A DNA stretch of 64,000 bases from Trypanosoma brucei (Eukaryota). The DNA is taken from positions 3,968,001-4,032,000 of the forward strand of contig CH464491.1 of assembly GCA_000002445.1 (NCBI GenBank), in the 5' to 3' direction. A program made the position numbers and the translations under genes. Positions 23,668 through 33,488 of the stretch are shown piece by piece. The notes under the pieces are model-generated. The model saw only the letters and a program-made list of their open reading frames with translations. It had not been told where the DNA came from and searched no databases. The stretch's first letter is position 1, and the number at the start of each line of letters is the position of its first letter.

Positions 23668-24150
23668 TCATATCAGCATCGATAATAACACAGATAACAG
23701 CAAGAACACAAACAAACGAAAGGGGTAAAACGTAGTATCGCCATTAATCTCTGGAGAGAAGCGTGACCCACAAGCTACCCAGATCTGCAGGCGCATAACC
23801 GGTGCTTCCCATAACAAAAAAAAAAGTTGAGCCACAACGGGGTACTCATACCACGCAAAAACCAAGATCAGTGCGGTAAACCGAAAACGATCTTGAAGTA
23901 AGAAGAACCCCAGGTGCTGCTCCCCTTCCACAACAATTGTGAAGCCTCCGCTGATGAGGGCTAATGGTTTGCTGGCCAAAAACACATGTGTTACATGAAT
24001 TGTGCCACGAGCCTGATGGTGTGTATCACGTATATAATCCAAGTAACTTGCTACGCGTGCACACAGAATACTCGATATAGAAGAAAACAGGGAAAAAGCG
24101 GGATTACCATGGCATGTAAATCCTGCAGAAAATTGCTTCGTCGCTTGCAT
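23668..24150 (-). CDS. Hypothetical multi-pass membrane protein (~160 aa)
   Basis: The ORF-track start (GTG) extends through an A-run. The ATG at 24148-24150 gives 'MQATKQFSAGFTC…', followed by 3–4 hydrophobic helices (…LALISGGFTIVVEG…ALILVFAWYEY…FRLFVFLLLSVLLSMLI). No family recognised. Confidence 0.35.
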   Translation of the reverse strand: MQATKQFSAGFTCHGNPAFSLFSSISSILCARVASYLDYIRDTHHQARGTIHVTHVFLASKPLALISGGFTIVVEGEQHLGFFLLQDRFRFTALILVFAWYEYPVVAQLFFLLWEAPVMRLQIWVACGSRFSPEINGDTTFYPFRLFVFLLLSVLLSMLI

Positions 24151-24464
24151 TTTTGAATATTTGCAGCACCACTGACCCTCTCCACCAGAGGAGTTGATTT
24201 TACGTTTTTTCTTCGTTAAAAAAAAAAAAGTGTCGTAGTACATAAAGATACCACTACCATTAGAGACGTGACACCGCACGCAGCGGAATGGGAGCGCGTC
24301 GCCGGATACAACGGTCGTGACGAACCCCCTGCCAGAATGGAGAAACCGTCACTCATCGGTGTTCCCGCCTGCCCACCACACACACACACAGAAAAAAAAA
24401 AGAGCCACCTCTGAGAAAATGCTTCGGTTCTTTATAACCAACAGGCTCTCCCATTTTTGTTGGG

Positions 24465-24953
24465 TCAGGTACTCAACTCACATAACCGCTTTCGTATGTT
24501 GGTGGAACTCACTCTACTCTCCTCATCATCGCAGACTCCTACATAAGGAACCAACACACACTCTAGCGGCTTAAGACCCACCGACAGTCGTGCTGTGTTG
24601 ATGGAAGGCAAAGCGCCAACAGTTTCCGGTGAAACCACAAGTGCCTCCAACGAGGGATCACTATCGGCCCCACCAGCGCGGTCTGCAATGCCGGCCACCT
24701 CAAGGCCAAGGTCTGGCCGTAGCAAATGGGCAAACTTTGTAACAGCTGCGCAGCGTACTTCAAACGGCTCGATGAGGTCGGCATGAATCTTTGTAGTTAG
24801 CATCGTGGACACCGTTACACCAATCCGAAGGACCTGCGTGGCGTGCAGCAAAGCAGTAGTAAGCAACAGTTTGTGACCTCCGTGCAGACGATCGAAAGTC
24901 CCACCGACTGCAACACCTTTGTACACCGGATTGAAGCCGCAATTAGGTGTCAT
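24465..24953 (-). CDS. Phosphopantetheine adenylyltransferase (eukaryotic PPAT/COASY-type cytidylyltransferase fold)
   Basis: 'VAVGGTFDRLHGGHKLLL' is the (H/T)xGH nucleotidyltransferase motif, in the form seen in eukaryotic PPAT (GGTFDRLHxxHKxLL). The C-terminal 'ISSTNIR' fits the cytidylyltransferase family. The ORF track ran to 25415; I placed the start at ATG 24951-24953 (MTPNCGFNPVYKG…), just upstream of the motif, because the upstream 154 codons have no PPAT-like features. The start position is uncertain. Confidence 0.65.
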   Translation of the reverse strand: MTPNCGFNPVYKGVAVGGTFDRLHGGHKLLLTTALLHATQVLRIGVTVSTMLTTKIHADLIEPFEVRCAAVTKFAHLLRPDLGLEVAGIADRAGGADSDPSLEALVVSPETVGALPSINTARLSVGLKPLECVLVPYVGVCDDEESRVSSTNIRKRLCELST

Positions 24954-25532
24954 TAATGAGGCCGTAAAGAGTGGTAACTTGTGTCCCTCCCGGCTATTTG
25001 TATTGCGATTAGGCGTCTCATAGTACTCTAAAGGCGCCAGTGGGACAACAGTGACAGATGTCCTTGGATTATGTCGTACAGCCACATCGTATAATACCTT
25101 TATGTGCTGGAGCGCCGTATCCCGATGGCCGTCATCTACTCGCAAGTGGACCTGCAGCGGGTTGTGAGGCTCTCCAGCTGGTTTTGTGCCACAGAGCGCG
25201 GTAAGGTGGGAAAACAACACGGTGCAATTCCTTTCCAGACCTGCGGAGGTGCCTAACAGAAGCGGATCCATCTGAATTTGTGGTAAACCTAAACGTAACA
25301 ACTTGCCGTTATGGCCAATTTCACGCTGGTGATGGACAATTACGAATGTGAGAGGGGAAGGAAGCAGGAAAGAGTCTACGTGGACGCAAGGGAAAACGTG
25401 TAGCAATACACGCACACGCTTTCATTCTCAACTGACCCCCACAAGATGGTTACAACACAAAAAAAAAAGACACTGAATGGTTGTTCGCTTCGACTCAGCA
25501 CGCTTTTCATGAGACACGCCGAGAGTCCTCAA

Positions 25533-26630
25533 TCAAGGCACCGTAAGGTCCTCCCAGTACGGATTGTCATGATCACTGGACACACCCTCTGGATCGCTCA
25601 GCCAACGCGAGTCACAGCGAAACACTCGGAAGTGATGGTTCAGTTCTTGAATAGCGTGAATTGAGACAGTGGAACCCAAACCACCGTGCACAGGGTTGGG
25701 GAAACAGTAGAAAACACGCCTCACCCTGCTGTGAACAAGGGCCATGGAGCACATTACGCAAGGCTCATGACTAACAAACATGTCCATACCATTGGCGAGG
25801 TACGACGCGTCGCCTTCAACCTCTCGGTCTTTACACTGCTTGCGAGTGACTTCCTTTAACACGAATGTTACAGGATGATCCAGCACCACTCGATTGGATT
25901 TGCGGCACCCGGAATTGGAAACATAACCAAGACACGCTGCACTATTCCCCCGTTTAAGTGCGTGCTCCTCACCACTAGAAACAAGCACGCGGTAACCATC
26001 AGAGGGATCAACTAATACCGCCGCAATCCCAAGGGTTTCGTCCGTGCGAAGCCGCTTTGCTAACGGCATAACCACCGTACGAAAAATGCGCTGGATGCTC
26101 CCCATCTCGCACTCCGACAACTGTGTCGGTGCACGTGGCTTTGGTGTGGCGAAAGGCCAAATCTGACACCATTTGGTCCATTCCTCGGCGGAACTGCGCG
26201 GTGCCCTATCCGGAACCCACACCCTGTGCACGGCAACAGTAGTATCCGCTGCTGACTCAAGTTCTTTCAACGCACTGCTGTCTACGGGACCGCCAACGCT
26301 CAAAAGGAGCTCCAGTATGTGGCTATTTTCTGCCGCTGGGGTACCTAAAGCGGCACTGTTTCTCTCACAGCCGTCAGAGATCGTACTAGTGGCAACGGAG
26401 CTGTCACGTTTATCGCAAATAACACCCCCAGCAAAGCCATCCATGGGAGCAGTGGCAACTCGGGTCGCCGAAGAACGGCGGATACGCTTCAGATGGCAAG
26501 CATGTGGCTTGAGGGGGAGTAATTTGTTGGCAATACTCAGGAACATGGTGCACAAGCGTTCCTGCTGCACGTACGTGGCCAAAGCACTTACAAGTTTGGG
26601 GGGTTCCTCCGGTACCACCACCTCCTCCAT
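25533..26630 (-). CDS. tRNA-specific adenosine-34 deaminase subunit (CDA fold, ADAT/Tad family), probably the non-catalytic ADAT3/Tad3-like subunit
   Basis: ATG at 26628-26630. The C-terminal deaminase domain has zinc-ligand motifs 'DHPV…' (~38 aa gap) '…SHEPCVMCSMALVHSRVRRVFY'. This is a PCxxC motif, and the HAE glutamate is replaced in an H-P-V arrangement, as in ADAT3/Tad3. The long N-terminal extension is typical of ADAT3. Confidence 0.6.
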   Translation of the reverse strand: MEEVVVPEEPPKLVSALATYVQQERLCTMFLSIANKLLPLKPHACHLKRIRRSSATRVATAPMDGFAGGVICDKRDSSVATSTISDGCERNSAALGTPAAENSHILELLLSVGGPVDSSALKELESAADTTVAVHRVWVPDRAPRSSAEEWTKWCQIWPFATPKPRAPTQLSECEMGSIQRIFRTVVMPLAKRLRTDETLGIAAVLVDPSDGYRVLVSSGEEHALKRGNSAACLGYVSNSGCRKSNRVVLDHPVTFVLKEVTRKQCKDREVEGDASYLANGMDMFVSHEPCVMCSMALVHSRVRRVFYCFPNPVHGGLGSTVSIHAIQELNHHFRVFRCDSRWLSDPEGVSSDHDNPYWEDLTVP

Positions 26631-27030
26631 CTCTGAGGAACTTAGTCACGAACAGTGATGAAAACAGCAAAACGCATGGTGAAAAACGGCACACATGATA
26701 GAGATCACCAATAAGGATAACAATTGCACAGCCTCATTACCGTGTATACCTCCAGAAATAGAAGGGAGACTCCCTGCTGCTCAAGGGACCTGAAGAGCCA
26801 CAACTGAGTTCTCAGCAACCGTTACTTGCACAACAGGTCGTTAAACTACCCCTTACATACACTCCCATCACCCGTACACCGCCCTCCGTTGTATGAACCG
26901 CCCAAAACGACAACCGAACCGTAGCCTTTCCGTCCGCAAGGAAAGGTGATGAAGGAATGAATCGTACCTACAGAACCGATAGAAAGAGAGTGATATATTC
27001 CTTTCAACCAATTAATCCACACTCTCACAA

Positions 27031-27855
27031 CTACTTGGCAGATTGCTGGTCATGTGAGACACGAATCACCCTCAGATGCTCCCCCGTGTAGCGCTCCGCC
27101 GTTACAGTAACATTCACGGGATAACACCTATCATTAGGGAACGTACCTCGAATCACCTCCATCAACTCCTCAACATCATTTTCGCGTATGGCGACAATAT
27201 AGCAAACTCCACGGCTAGATAGAAAAGATGGAAGTTTCGAAATAAAGCGATCAACCACCACGCGGCCCCGAGGTCCCCCACACCATGCCGCCGTTATGAG
27301 ATCCTTCCCAGCTTCCGCGCTCTGAAGTTCCTCCATTGTCGTTGGGACGTACGGAGGATTGAAGAGTATCACATCGAATGTGAACTCCTCCTTTTCCTCC
27401 TTTGTGTATTCTGTAATGTCACTCGCTTCATGTTCAAAAGGACTGAACAAATCACCTCGGTGAAGGTGAAGTGGCAAGATTGTGTCTCCTCCAATAATGC
27501 GTTTTTGCGTATTGTGCCAAGTAATACTCGTTGCCTCGAGAGCAACTGGGTTCACATCAACAGCGTGAAACTCTGCTGTTGACTTCTCAGCACTGCCACT
27601 ACCTAAGTTACCACCCTCCGTAGCTCCCAAGAGAAGGAGCATCAAATGCGAAATGACAGTGCCCGACCCGCAGCCAATTTCTACACAGCGCCGAGGTTGC
27701 AGCGCGCGGAGAAGATGAGCATCCTTGTCAAGCGCCTCCAGCAACAGAAATGTGTCCGCCTCCGGTTCGTAGACGTTAGTCCGAAAGCGCTCCTCCGTGA
27801 TGCAGTGGAGGTAGTCTGGGGTAACTGCCATGAGCGGGAACCACTGCTGTGTCAT
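27031..27855 (-). CDS. HemK2/Mtq2/N6AMT1-type SAM-dependent methyltransferase (eRF1 glutamine N5-methyltransferase family)
   Basis: ATG at 27853-27855. 'NVYEPEADTFLLLEAL' matches the N6AMT1/Mtq2 N-terminus (VYEPAEDTFLLLDAL). The SAM-binding motif I is 'VEIGCGSGTV', and the catalytic 'DVILFNPPYVPT' contains the NPPY motif. Confidence 0.8.
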   Translation of the reverse strand: MTQQWFPLMAVTPDYLHCITEERFRTNVYEPEADTFLLLEALDKDAHLLRALQPRRCVEIGCGSGTVISHLMLLLLGATEGGNLGSGSAEKSTAEFHAVDVNPVALEATSITWHNTQKRIIGGDTILPLHLHRGDLFSPFEHEASDITEYTKEEKEEFTFDVILFNPPYVPTTMEELQSAEAGKDLITAAWCGGPRGRVVVDRFISKLPSFLSSRGVCYIVAIRENDVEELMEVIRGTFPNDRCYPVNVTVTAERYTGEHLRVIRVSHDQQSAK

Positions 27856-28131
27856 ATAACAATAGAGAAATCATAAAAAATAGCAGTAAACAAGAAGTGC
27901 TCATGAGGCGGGAAAACAGTTCACCGGGCACACCCTCATACATTTTTTTTTCCGATCGAGCGCCGGGGTCAACAAGATATTTGAAAAAAAGAAAAACGCA
28001 ACAATAAGTTTGCCCTCATTCCGCCAGCGCGTAGGCATACAAAAGAGACCAGGTAATAGCAGCACGCTCCAAAAACACACGATCATCCTTTGCCTTAGCA
28101 CAACCCGGTGTAATGTCATGCACAAAAGTGC

Positions 28132-29175
28132 CTACACCATATCAAGTCCCACACATGTAAGGGGAGGAATGCGAATGCGCTTTAATTCATCCAAAAGCAA
28201 CAACTCACTACGTTCGTTCAACTGCATGACCGAAGTTTCCGAAAATGCCTGTACAATATCATGCCTACTGATTCCTGTCAAACCGTCAAAGACAGTAACC
28301 TCCCCGACATCGCCAACATCATCACAGGTATCGCTAACACATTCAACAAAACTTTCCACGCATTGTTTCCTGCGGCCCCGCACATGAAGTTCGCCGATGT
28401 GGAGGTACGCTCCCAGTTTCTCTAAAAAAGTGTCGGACACGCATGGCCCCTTCTTTACATCGTTTCCAATCACCAACGTGCGCCGCAACACTAAACTGTC
28501 CACCTTATTGACACCACCCTCACCGCCAGCGGGGCACTCGGAGATTTTCGTAAGATTAGAGACGAACAAATTGCGCAACAGTACCCACGGTGAATGAGGA
28601 AGGTACGCGATGAGCAACGCATGCGGGTGACCAGGAATATATGCACCGTACAGATTGCACTCTTCCATCACCACTCCCAATTTATCGCAGCACTTCGTGT
28701 GCACTTCAGTAGCCACAGGGTCAAAGAAACAAGCCCTGACGGTGGGCGTAGAAGGTTGCAGACCATCCCCATTGTTAGAAGGGACTGATGATAACTTCGA
28801 TCTGATCAGATGTCGGACGAAGGACTCGCACTCCGATTGTAAAACAATAAATAGAGCCATCTGTAGAAACCCTGCACGTGACTCCTCATACGTAAACGGT
28901 CCAATACCTAAAGCAACGAGTTTGATTCCGGTGAGACCATTGGAATGCGCATTCAGAAAATGTCGTAGTGGGGAGATGACATCCCTCCGCACGAACGCCA
29001 ACCCCCGGAGGAACCGCGCAGCCTTGCGAAGATGCTTCACCTCTGCTGCGGTACTTCGGGACGGGATTGTTGTAACTAATGAGGAGACGCCTTTGCCACC
29101 ACCCGCTGATTTCGCGGCATTGGCTTCTCGACGTCTGCGTGAGGGTTGCTGCCGCTGCTGCACAACGGTCCACAT
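28132..29175 (-). CDS. SRR1-like domain protein
   Basis: The ORF-track start (TTG at 29367) adds a hydrophobic leader that is probably not coding. The ATG is at 29173-29175 (MWTVVQQRQQ…). 'IKLVALGIGPFTYEESRAGFLQMALFIVL', '…ACFFDPVATEVHTKCCDKLGVVM…' and '…ALLIAYLPHSPWVLLRNLFVSN' match the SRR1-family blocks (LGxGs…QLA…; YDPvf…E…LG; …lPHc…lynNLl). Confidence 0.55.
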   Translation of the reverse strand: MWTVVQQRQQPSRRRREANAAKSAGGGKGVSSLVTTIPSRSTAAEVKHLRKAARFLRGLAFVRRDVISPLRHFLNAHSNGLTGIKLVALGIGPFTYEESRAGFLQMALFIVLQSECESFVRHLIRSKLSSVPSNNGDGLQPSTPTVRACFFDPVATEVHTKCCDKLGVVMEECNLYGAYIPGHPHALLIAYLPHSPWVLLRNLFVSNLTKISECPAGGEGGVNKVDSLVLRRTLVIGNDVKKGPCVSDTFLEKLGAYLHIGELHVRGRRKQCVESFVECVSDTCDDVGDVGEVTVFDGLTGISRHDIVQAFSETSVMQLNERSELLLLDELKRIRIPPLTCVGLDMV

Positions 29176-29577
29176 GAGGCAAACACCACAGACACAGAGT
29201 GCCAGCGTGCAACTTATAATGCATAGTAAATAAAAAAGAGGAAAGGCCAAGAGAAAGGAGAACACCTGACAACAAAAAAAAACGGAAGGAACAATCACGT
29301 TGCAGGGGACATAACGTACTTCCCTCGTTGACCACCTCCGGCGGTCCCTGTAGTGAAGTGCCAACAAGCAAAGGAGTTAAATGACTAATAACGGAAAAGT
29401 GAACAAGGAGCTACATGAGGGGAGAAGCATAAGCGATCTTGCAAATGCAACCCACGTCCGCCTCTACGCGCTTTTACCACTAACTCTCCAGCATTTCCTC
29501 GGAGAAAAGTTTTTTTTTTTAAGGCACAGAAAACTGGTTCTAAGTGAAGAAATAAAACAAGTAACAGTGACACCAAC

Positions 29578-31806
29578 TCAACTATCAGCCGCTTCCGTGA
29601 TTAGACGCAGCCGTTCAACGGCCATTGCGAGCAAGGCAAATGTAGGAATGAATGCACGAAGGTGCGCGCCACGTTCCAATTCAAAAGTTAGAATATCCGA
29701 AATTTTATCAAAGTCTTCTACTGTCTGCGCTACTGGGATTGCCGTCCCAAAACTTTCCAAACCTTCGTAACGCCGTTTAATTATATCATTCACGGAATTC
29801 TGTAAGGCAATAACAGCTTCCTTATGCTCACGAAGGGAACACTCTGAAAGTTGGCACTTTTCCTGCCGGAGTTTGCCGGAAGCTCCCCGGCATTTTAGCT
29901 CTTTTTCCATTTTCCCAAGTTGATCAAGCAGAGACTTGCATCCGCCTGTGAGCGAAGTGGCAACAGCCTCGACGGTATCGCATGGTCCAGTAGCGAAGTT
30001 CATTGCGACAGGGTTGCCATCACAGGCAGCATTGCTACACCCACTTCTCCGTTGGACTTCCCGAAGCTTCAGTTCAAGTGATGCATTCCTCTGACGGAGC
30101 TCCTCAAGTGCCCACGAGAGTGCCGAGTTGTTGTCGCGGTCGCGGGTTAAATTAAGGTCGCTTCCCCTCACCTTTTTTTCAGGACTGCGCACAGCGTCTT
30201 TTATTGGGATCGATTCACCTGTTCCTTCAACTGGTGCACTAAAAAGGGGATTATTCCCTTCCCCACACTGCAGCCGTTCCCGTAGCCGCTGATTAGCTTT
30301 GACAGCCTCATTCAACTTGCTATGCCATTCCTGGGTTGCACGCCGAAGCGCACCTTGACCCTCTTCCAGTTTCCCAACTCTAAGAACTAAACTGGATACC
30401 ACCTGCCTCACACGGTCCATACCCTCCTCTCCATTCGACGATCCCTCTGCAGTGGGAATTTTCATATCTTCCCGGTTAACTTGCACTGAGTGATTGGGGG
30501 GTTTGCACATGGCCGGAATCTGCCTTTTATCCACCTTCTCCCCTGGGGTGAGGACATCACCCATCAAATTCGTGTCGTCGCATAAAACTTCCCCTTTTGG
30601 CATCGGCTTTTTGGATGAACCGACATTGATTTCTGTTTCTCGCACTTCGGGTGAGGCAGCCGCACTAATCTTCCCTTTCATTGTAGCGTCACGCGACCCG
30701 GCACATGAACCGCGCGCAGTAGATGACTTGTCCGAAGGTTTGTGAAGGCAACTCGCATAGCTGCCATTTTCTATCCCTCTAGGTATCTGCGTGCACCTCT
30801 GACCACTCTCCCTTCGCTCCAGCTGTCGCGCCCCTCTCACGGAATCATCCGCCCCACAGGGCCCAAAACTGGAGGCAGAAAGCAAAACCTGACTACTGGA
30901 AAGCGAAGGTCCGCCAGAAGCACCCACCTGTTTTCGTCGCAGCCTTCCCTCTGCGGTGGTGTAGTATATTACCGACATAAACCGAATAAGCCGCAAACTT
31001 CCACGGGGAGCGGGCTGTGGATCAGGAATAGCTACGAGGTGGGTCACAGCGGCAGGTGGAATGAAATCACGCATTGCGGAAGTGAAGAACTTGCAAGACT
31101 GAAAAGTTTGGCTTTTACCCACACCACCGCTGCGCAGCAACAAAGACAACTGGAGCAAAGCCCCAGAGTCGCACCCCATTTCGGCAACCACAAGTGAACC
31201 ACCACCTTCGAGTTCAATCCGAAGCAGTAAAACCGATTCCCGCTGCAACGTTCCTCGAATCAGATGCACATGCCGCTCGTGGATGAGCTGCACGAACGCG
31301 CCCCACTCTGAGGATAATCCCCCACAATTCACGTCGAAGCGCTGCACCTCCTCCCACCAATGTATATCCTGCTGCTTCAATAAGTCCCGAGCCTTCGTCC
31401 CCTTCACCCTGAACGATATCGCGGATACCAGTACTTGCGATGGGTGCTGAGCACCCGTAAAAACTGCTGACAGCAACCGTGTAAAGAGATCCATCGCAAC
31501 TTCCAGCTTCTCTCCCGCTGCCTTTACAGCCCCTTTTATAATTTTGCTGCCGCAACCTCCCTCGTCATCGTCTTCAGGCAACACAACCACCAGGGCAGCA
31601 TTTCCGCCGTCCCGAAGCCTTGCGAGTAGGGGATCAACCACGTGTCCCACTGCGTCGTGGGCCGGGCTCAACACGTGCGAAAAGAAATGGGGACCTGAGC
31701 ACTGGTCGTGCCGTACCACCAAACCATCTTCAAATACGCCATCGAAGAAGTCCGTACAGCGAGCCTCGTGAGGAATAATGCAAAAAGTGCGTAAGGTCGG
31801 GTCCAT
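29578..31806 (-). CDS. Hypothetical 742-aa protein with a C-terminal coiled-coil and an N-terminal ~220 aa that may be a degenerate, probably ATPase-dead, kinesin-like motor
   Basis: ATG at 31804-31806. The N-terminal region carries kinesin-like blocks in the right order. They are 'FFDGVFEDG' (~res 21), a P-loop-like 'DDDEGGCGSKIIKG' (res ~80-92, against GQTGSGKTYTMxG), a switch-I-like 'NCGGLSSEWGAFVQLI' (against NxxSSRSHxIFxI) and a switch-II-like 'LLLRIELEGGGS' (against LxLVDLAGSE). The C-terminal third is heptad-rich (…LRQRNASLELKLREVQRR…KELKCRGASGKLRQEKCQL…). Confidence 0.5.
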   Translation of the reverse strand: MDPTLRTFCIIPHEARCTDFFDGVFEDGLVVRHDQCSGPHFFSHVLSPAHDAVGHVVDPLLARLRDGGNAALVVVLPEDDDEGGCGSKIIKGAVKAAGEKLEVAMDLFTRLLSAVFTGAQHPSQVLVSAISFRVKGTKARDLLKQQDIHWWEEVQRFDVNCGGLSSEWGAFVQLIHERHVHLIRGTLQRESVLLLRIELEGGGSLVVAEMGCDSGALLQLSLLLRSGGVGKSQTFQSCKFFTSAMRDFIPPAAVTHLVAIPDPQPAPRGSLRLIRFMSVIYYTTAEGRLRRKQVGASGGPSLSSSQVLLSASSFGPCGADDSVRGARQLERRESGQRCTQIPRGIENGSYASCLHKPSDKSSTARGSCAGSRDATMKGKISAAASPEVRETEINVGSSKKPMPKGEVLCDDTNLMGDVLTPGEKVDKRQIPAMCKPPNHSVQVNREDMKIPTAEGSSNGEEGMDRVRQVVSSLVLRVGKLEEGQGALRRATQEWHSKLNEAVKANQRLRERLQCGEGNNPLFSAPVEGTGESIPIKDAVRSPEKKVRGSDLNLTRDRDNNSALSWALEELRQRNASLELKLREVQRRSGCSNAACDGNPVAMNFATGPCDTVEAVATSLTGGCKSLLDQLGKMEKELKCRGASGKLRQEKCQLSECSLREHKEAVIALQNSVNDIIKRRYEGLESFGTAIPVAQTVEDFDKISDILTFELERGAHLRAFIPTFALLAMAVERLRLITEAADS

Positions 31807-33488
31807 ACCTCCAACATGCAGTCACACGAAGAAGGAATAAACAAGTGAAGCACAAATAAATGGGTTAGAAACAACTGATGAATCAAAAGGAAAAGGCAGG
31901 ATGAAAAGGGGGGGGAAACACTGCGGAGTCACGTCTATGTCAACGCCTTCAACGAGCTGTAGTGATATTGAAACTGTGAGTGCACTTTACGTGCTTTCCA
32001 ATCTATTTTGCTTCTAATACTGCTTCCGGTTGCAGACCACAACCTCACCGCTACCACACTCACGCGAGCACAGTGAAGCGGACCACTTAAAGATTACAAA
32101 GCAACCGGTGAAGAAGGAGATGTGAAGGCTGAGAAAAAAACCACTCATAGAAAAAAAAAAACGGCAACGCAGGAAGGGGTTAAGTCGCACACATGCTTCG
32201 AGCATGAACAAGCAACGACATTTCTTGTTTTTCTTTTGTTTTGAGGGGGAAAAAGAAAAAAGAAAGGAACCGGGCGATCACCCACACACACTGGCAGCAA
32301 TAATGGTGCAAAACATAGATTGCACAGTGCATTAACTTCGAGGAAGTTATCATCTACCTCTGGACGCAAACTTACGTCCACACGAGGCTGAACATAAAAG
32401 AAAAAATGTTTGTTCGGCCAAATGTCCGTTTACACCCTTATATATATATATACGTATAAGAATCAGGTTTCGCGCGGGTGCAGGTGTGAAGTGGATAAAT
32501 ACTTGGTGCACCATTCACAACACTTGAAAAAAATGCGATAAGAAAAAAAGATAAATGTACAACGTAAACAAATAAAGTACGTAATAATTACACACTAAGA
32601 AGGAAAAAATAATAGCAACAATAAAAATAATTATTGCAATATACGTAACTCCCCTGAAATGGTAGGGACACAGCACCCCGATAGAATCATGTTCCCCACA
32701 CCTTCTTTGCCTTTTGGTATTTTTCATTCCGCTGCCCAATTATCCGTACTCCTGTCGATTGCTCAACTGTTACAGTGAAGAAGGAAAAGATGGAAGCTGT
32801 AAAGAGCGAAAAAAAGAAAAAGAAAAAGAAAAAGAAGCCAAGGAAGGCAACCACACGCACGCCCCCCCCCCGCACTGCTATTCCGCATCAGCCATTGGAA
32901 TTCACACACACATACATACAAGTACCGTAATACTCTATCCTCATCCACTACACCACGCACAAGAGCAAACCCCCGGCCCGTATCACAACAATTTCTTTCC
33001 TCATGAAACTGGCCGTGCGGAAGGGGATCCCCTTGCGTAGGGGATGGAATAGTGTTGACCGCAACAAAAGAAAAAAAAATCAAAAGAGAGAAAAAAATAA
33101 TGATAAGTATCCCAAGTGCCACGAAACACTCGCATATGGAAATGCACACGGTTCGTGACACGATGGCGCGACAAAGCAACCAACCGGAGACCAGAGAAAC
33201 GAGAGTAACTTCAATGCACGTTGAAGAAGTTAGAGAAATCAGAAAACACTCACGAAATGCCGTAACAACGAAAGCGAAGGGAACATATAGATATAGATAG
33301 TTTTATTTATATCTATTCTTTTTTTAAAAAAAAAAAAGCAGCAAAAACATTCCGGGGACGGCACACACATATCTCGAAAGAAAAAAATAGCATAAGTTAA
33401 GCACTAAAAAATTGGCCGCCAAATGTAATCGAATGTTACTGTCGTGTGTGCACAACTGTGTGCCCGTACCGCGCGGCAAACCACGGAC

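Noticed and set aside
24954-25415. 154-codon N-terminal extension of the PPAT ORF
   Set aside because: It has no nucleotidyltransferase features and it starts at a non-ATG codon. The conserved (H/T)xGH motif lies ~20 aa after the ATG at 24953, as in other eukaryotic PPATs. The shorter start is preferred, though a longer N-terminal extension cannot be excluded.
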